Origin: a virus
DNA: 64,000 nucleotides
IMG/VR virus record: IMGVR_UViG_3300045988_085724
Coordinates: 33,123-97,122 of that record
Direction: 5' to 3' (one strand)
Below the pieces are notes generated by a model that had not been told where the DNA came from, did no database searches, and saw nothing but the letters and a program-made list of their open reading frames with translations. The number at the start of each line of letters is the position of its first letter. The first letter of the stretch is position 1. Shown piece after piece: positions 61,116-64,000 of this stretch. Position numbers and translations under genes: made by a program.

Positions 61116-61139
61116 GTTTAATTAAAAATCATTATCAAA
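61116..61139 (+). promoter_or_regulatory. conserved leader GTTTAATTAAAAATCATTATCAAA-ATG
   Basis: See 51505-51530. Confidence 0.5.
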
Positions 61140-61973
61140 ATGAAAAAGAAAACTAAAAATATAAAGGCAAAGAAGTCTGTAACATTGAACAAGTCTAATA
61201 AGACAGTGAATAAAACTGAAGTAGCTAAAGCGAAACAGGAAAAGGCAGACAAACTTAAAAAAGAAAAGAACGAACGGAAAGAACAAAATATAGCAAACAA
61301 TCAATTAGCTTTAGATAAGTTAAGTAAAGCCGCTATAGATAAATTAAGCAAGGCATTGTTGTCGATGGGTGGGGTTAAGAAAACAGAACTAACTCCGAAA
61401 GACAAGGAACTTGTTAAAAAGAAGACAGAAGAACTGCGTGAGCTACGAAAACAGCAATACGAGCAACGTAGATTGCGATCACTAAAACGTCGACTTAAGC
61501 TAGGCGAAAAATCCGAAGAAGAGATGAAAAAGTCTCTCGAGGAACTAAAGAAAGAAATGGCAGAACAAAAGCGCTATGACGTGCTACTATTGTTCAATCC
61601 AAAAGAGAAAGAACCTATTTCTGCAGCATTAGCGGAAAACAAAATAACAGCGACTTATATAAGCAATGATTATCTGTGGATAAAGAACACAGATATCCAC
61701 ATTGTCAATAAACTGCGTGGTCTGCCATTGAAGTTCAATTTATGGCCATACAAAGCAGTAGAACCTAAAGATCCAAAAGAAAAAGCCTCGAAAAAGCCTA
61801 CTGTTAGCAAGACTGTAAAAAAGCCTACTGCCAATACTGTACAAGTACGTAGAGCAGCAAAAACGCGTAGAAAAACTACGAATTTAGCTAAATTTATGGC
61901 TAAACACGCTCATGCTGTAGCTAAAATAGCTGAACGTAAAACCATCAACCAAACCGTTAAACAAGCAGCTTGA
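61140..61973 (+). CDS. lysine-rich protein (277 aa), possible nucleic-acid binding
   Basis: Intact ORF with K/E-rich N- and C-termini. Confidence 0.6.
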   Translation: MKKKTKNIKAKKSVTLNKSNKTVNKTEVAKAKQEKADKLKKEKNERKEQNIANNQLALDKLSKAAIDKLSKALLSMGGVKKTELTPKDKELVKKKTEELRELRKQQYEQRRLRSLKRRLKLGEKSEEEMKKSLEELKKEMAEQKRYDVLLLFNPKEKEPISAALAENKITATYISNDYLWIKNTDIHIVNKLRGLPLKFNLWPYKAVEPKDPKEKASKKPTVSKTVKKPTANTVQVRRAAKTRRKTTNLAKFMAKHAHAVAKIAERKTINQTVKQAA

Positions 61974-61975
61974 TT

Positions 61976-62710
61976 ATGAAAAAGACTATAAATAAACAAA
62001 AGTTAGCGCAAGAGCGCAGCTATAACCGCAAATATAACGTTAATAACAACTGTGTGCCTCCTGTTGTAAAGAATCCGTATAAAACGACGGATAAAGAAGG
62101 AAACACACATATAGAATGGAAAGCTCTTAAGGTTACCATTCCAAAAGGTCTAACGCGTACGTCACGTTATGACAAAGTTGACGGTAAAAAAGTAAAGATT
62201 CCATCGGAACAGGGTGAATTTCACAAAAAATACACCATAAAAGGTATAGTGAAAAACTCTAAAGAGTACATTGAGGCATACGCCAAATATAAATTGGCTA
62301 AATGGGAGAAGAAGAATCCTTGCCCAATAAAATTGGATGGAATTCAGCAGGATATGTTTGAAACCGAGTTCCTTATTCCTTGGCAAGAAAAGCGAAAGGA
62401 AGCTGAGAAGAAAGCATATGCCCATGCTGTACGAGTGTACGGACAATTTTCATTAGTCGGACGATTTAAAACAGATCGAGAAGGCAAATATGAAGAACAT
62501 ACAATCGGAAAATTACGCGATATAGATGGTAGTACTGCCAAATATGGTGGTATTAACCATTGTCCCGAGAAAGTACCGATTATTCAAGCTGCTACGCTAA
62601 TAGCAAATACAACAAAAGCTAAAATAAAGACTCTTGTATCAATAGTGGTAAAAGATTCTTACAACACACAAGGCCGAATAATTCTGCCTAAGTTGTCAGA
62701 AGCAGCTTAA
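61976..62710 (+). CDS. hypothetical protein (244 aa)
   Basis: ATG 61976 lies within track ORF 61970..62710. Confidence 0.6.
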   Translation: MKKTINKQKLAQERSYNRKYNVNNNCVPPVVKNPYKTTDKEGNTHIEWKALKVTIPKGLTRTSRYDKVDGKKVKIPSEQGEFHKKYTIKGIVKNSKEYIEAYAKYKLAKWEKKNPCPIKLDGIQQDMFETEFLIPWQEKRKEAEKKAYAHAVRVYGQFSLVGRFKTDREGKYEEHTIGKLRDIDGSTAKYGGINHCPEKVPIIQAATLIANTTKAKIKTLVSIVVKDSYNTQGRIILPKLSEAA

Positions 62711-62721
62711 TAATTTTTCCA

Positions 62722-62812
62722 TGCAGTGAAGTCTATGTGCGCATAGCTCCTGAAGAGAGATGACATCGTAGCGGATAACGTCTCTTAGTGGGTTCGAGTC
62801 CCACCACTGCAA
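62722..62812 (+). tRNA. 91-nt tRNA-like gene with a non-canonical D arm and an oversized central arm
   Basis: Acceptor is TGCAGTG/CACTGCA (U1:A72), T arm GTGGG-TTCGAGT-CCCAC, D position CTATG-TGCG-CATAG (5 bp / 4 nt). The central region is either AGAGA-N20-TCTCT, or an imperfect arm with loop CTGAAGA (GAA) plus a 26-nt extra arm. Confidence 0.4.
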
Positions 62813-62838
62813 CTATATTAACTAAGAACCTTTGAGTC

Positions 62839-64000
62839 ATGATAATACGAAATTCCGTCGTAATAGTATACGACATAGAAATCTTCCCAAACGTATTTCA
62901 TTGTACTTGTAAAGACACAGAGGAAAATAAATTGTACTTTTTTGAAATATCAGATCGTAAAAATCAGCTAACAGAATTAGTTGATTTTTTCTTTTATAAG
63001 AATATAGGCGATAAGATGTTTTGTGGGTATAATAACAAACACTATGATGATGTAGTAATAAACTATCTTATAGATTTTTATTATAAAATGGATACATTGT
63101 CATATGATAAAGTTTGTACGTCTTTGTATAATCTTTCAAATACGATAATTACGGCAGAAGAAGGTGATACTAGTAAATTTAAGCGATGGAAATATGCAAA
63201 GTATTTCTACTCGATGGATTTGCTAACAATGTTGTTTAGTTCTAAGTTACGCGTAGGTCTTAAAGAAATGCAAGTAACTATGCACTACAAAAATGTAGAA
63301 GAATATTCTGGTGACTTTAGTCAGTTTCTACCAGATTCAGAAATAGATAACATGATAAAATATAATATAAACGATGTAGAGTCAACAACTGAACTTCTAA
63401 ATAGGTTGAAAGACGATGTACAACTACGTCTGTTTATAGAAAAAGAATACGGTATTGATGCCTTATCGATGGATAGTGTAAAATTCGGAGAGACACTTCT
63501 ATTGAAAAAGTATTGTGAACAAACAAAACTTAGTGAACAATATGTGAAAACATTGCGTTCACCTATGGATTACATTCCATTAAAAGACGTCATATTACCA
63601 TTCATATCGTACAAAAATCCAAAATTACAAGACGTTCTTGAGGATATGAAGAGTCAAGTAGTATATTCTAAAGAACGCAAAGGCTATGAGAAGAAGTTTG
63701 TTCTCTCAAACGTACGCTATTCTGTAGGTGTAGGAGGTATACATTCCCTACATACACCACAAATCTTCGTTCCTAATGACAATGAATACATAGGCCATTC
63801 AGATGTGGCTAGTATGTACCCTTCGTTTATCATAAAGTATAAATGGATTCCACGTCATTTAGGTAAAGAATTTTGGCAAGTATATTCGCAAATATATAAA
63901 GAGCGAATAGAAGCAAAACATAGTGGACAGAAATTAAAGAACTTAGCTCTAAAGTTAACTTTAAATTCTGTTACCGGGAAAATGCAACAAGAAACCAGTT
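62839..64000 (+). CDS. family B DNA polymerase (N-terminal 387 codons, continues off window)
   Basis: Motifs are ExoI VYDIEIF, ExoII GYNNKHYDDVVINYL, ExoIII KYNINDVESTTEL, motif A SDVASMYPSFI and motif B KLTLNSVTGKM. There is no in-frame stop to the window edge. It is absent from the ORF track because it is open-ended. Confidence 0.85.
   Translation, partial: MIIRNSVVIVYDIEIFPNVFHCTCKDTEENKLYFFEISDRKNQLTELVDFFFYKNIGDKMFCGYNNKHYDDVVINYLIDFYYKMDTLSYDKVCTSLYNLSNTIITAEEGDTSKFKRWKYAKYFYSMDLLTMLFSSKLRVGLKEMQVTMHYKNVEEYSGDFSQFLPDSEIDNMIKYNINDVESTTELLNRLKDDVQLRLFIEKEYGIDALSMDSVKFGETLLLKKYCEQTKLSEQYVKTLRSPMDYIPLKDVILPFISYKNPKLQDVLEDMKSQVVYSKERKGYEKKFVLSNVRYSVGVGGIHSLHTPQIFVPNDNEYIGHSDVASMYPSFIIKYKWIPRHLGKEFWQVYSQIYKERIEAKHSGQKLKNLALKLTLNSVTGKMQQETS

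Noticed and set aside
62749-62758. CUGAAGAG hammerhead-like core inside the 62722-62812 tRNA-like gene
   Set aside because: No downstream GAAA junction, stem III or NUH cleavage site lies in a compatible arrangement. The heptamer match is coincidental.
1-64000. Search for CRISPR arrays, rRNA, integrase/recombinase, transposase, reverse transcriptase (DGR/retron) or toxin-antitoxin pairs
   Set aside because: No regularly spaced direct repeats with spacers were seen, and no recognisable catalytic motifs of these families appear in any re-joined ORF. The only repeats are the short in-frame duplication at 16091-16140, the regulatory motifs and the protein-level fibre repeats.

Overview
The window looks like one contiguous piece of a crAss-like (Crassvirales-type) Bacteroidota phage genome. 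That assignment is an inference from gene content and order, AT-rich Shine-Dalgarno-less leaders, ThyX/dUTPase and family-B DNA polymerase. Two divergent arms meet at about 38.6 kb.

The minus-strand arm (1-38,549) carries late genes: TerL, portal, scaffold-like protein, major capsid protein, connector-size proteins, a lysis cassette, giant tail proteins and tail fibres, plus dUTPase and a tRNA cluster. The plus-strand arm (38,733-64,000) carries about 45 small early/middle genes, ThyX, an ECF-type sigma factor and the 5' part of PolB.

Main observations:
1. TAG is a sense codon in most minus-strand late genes. I counted more than 100 in-frame TAGs by hand, and those genes terminate only at TAA or TGA. 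No plus-strand gene has an internal TAG.
2. The matching amber-suppressor tRNA(CUA) is present but hidden. Its anticodon is split between U35 and A36 by a 190-nt group I intron.
3. Three type I hammerhead ribozymes sit upstream of plus-strand tRNA genes.
4. Two long ORF-free, GC-enriched, structure-rich regions (about 0.87 kb and 2.2 kb) carry tRNA-like modules.
5. Five repeated 'hairpin + TAAACTKTCCATAC' units punctuate the early-gene cassettes.

The supplied ORF track fragments or misses most late genes, so I re-joined them by reading through TAG. No rRNA, CRISPR array, integrase or transposase was seen.
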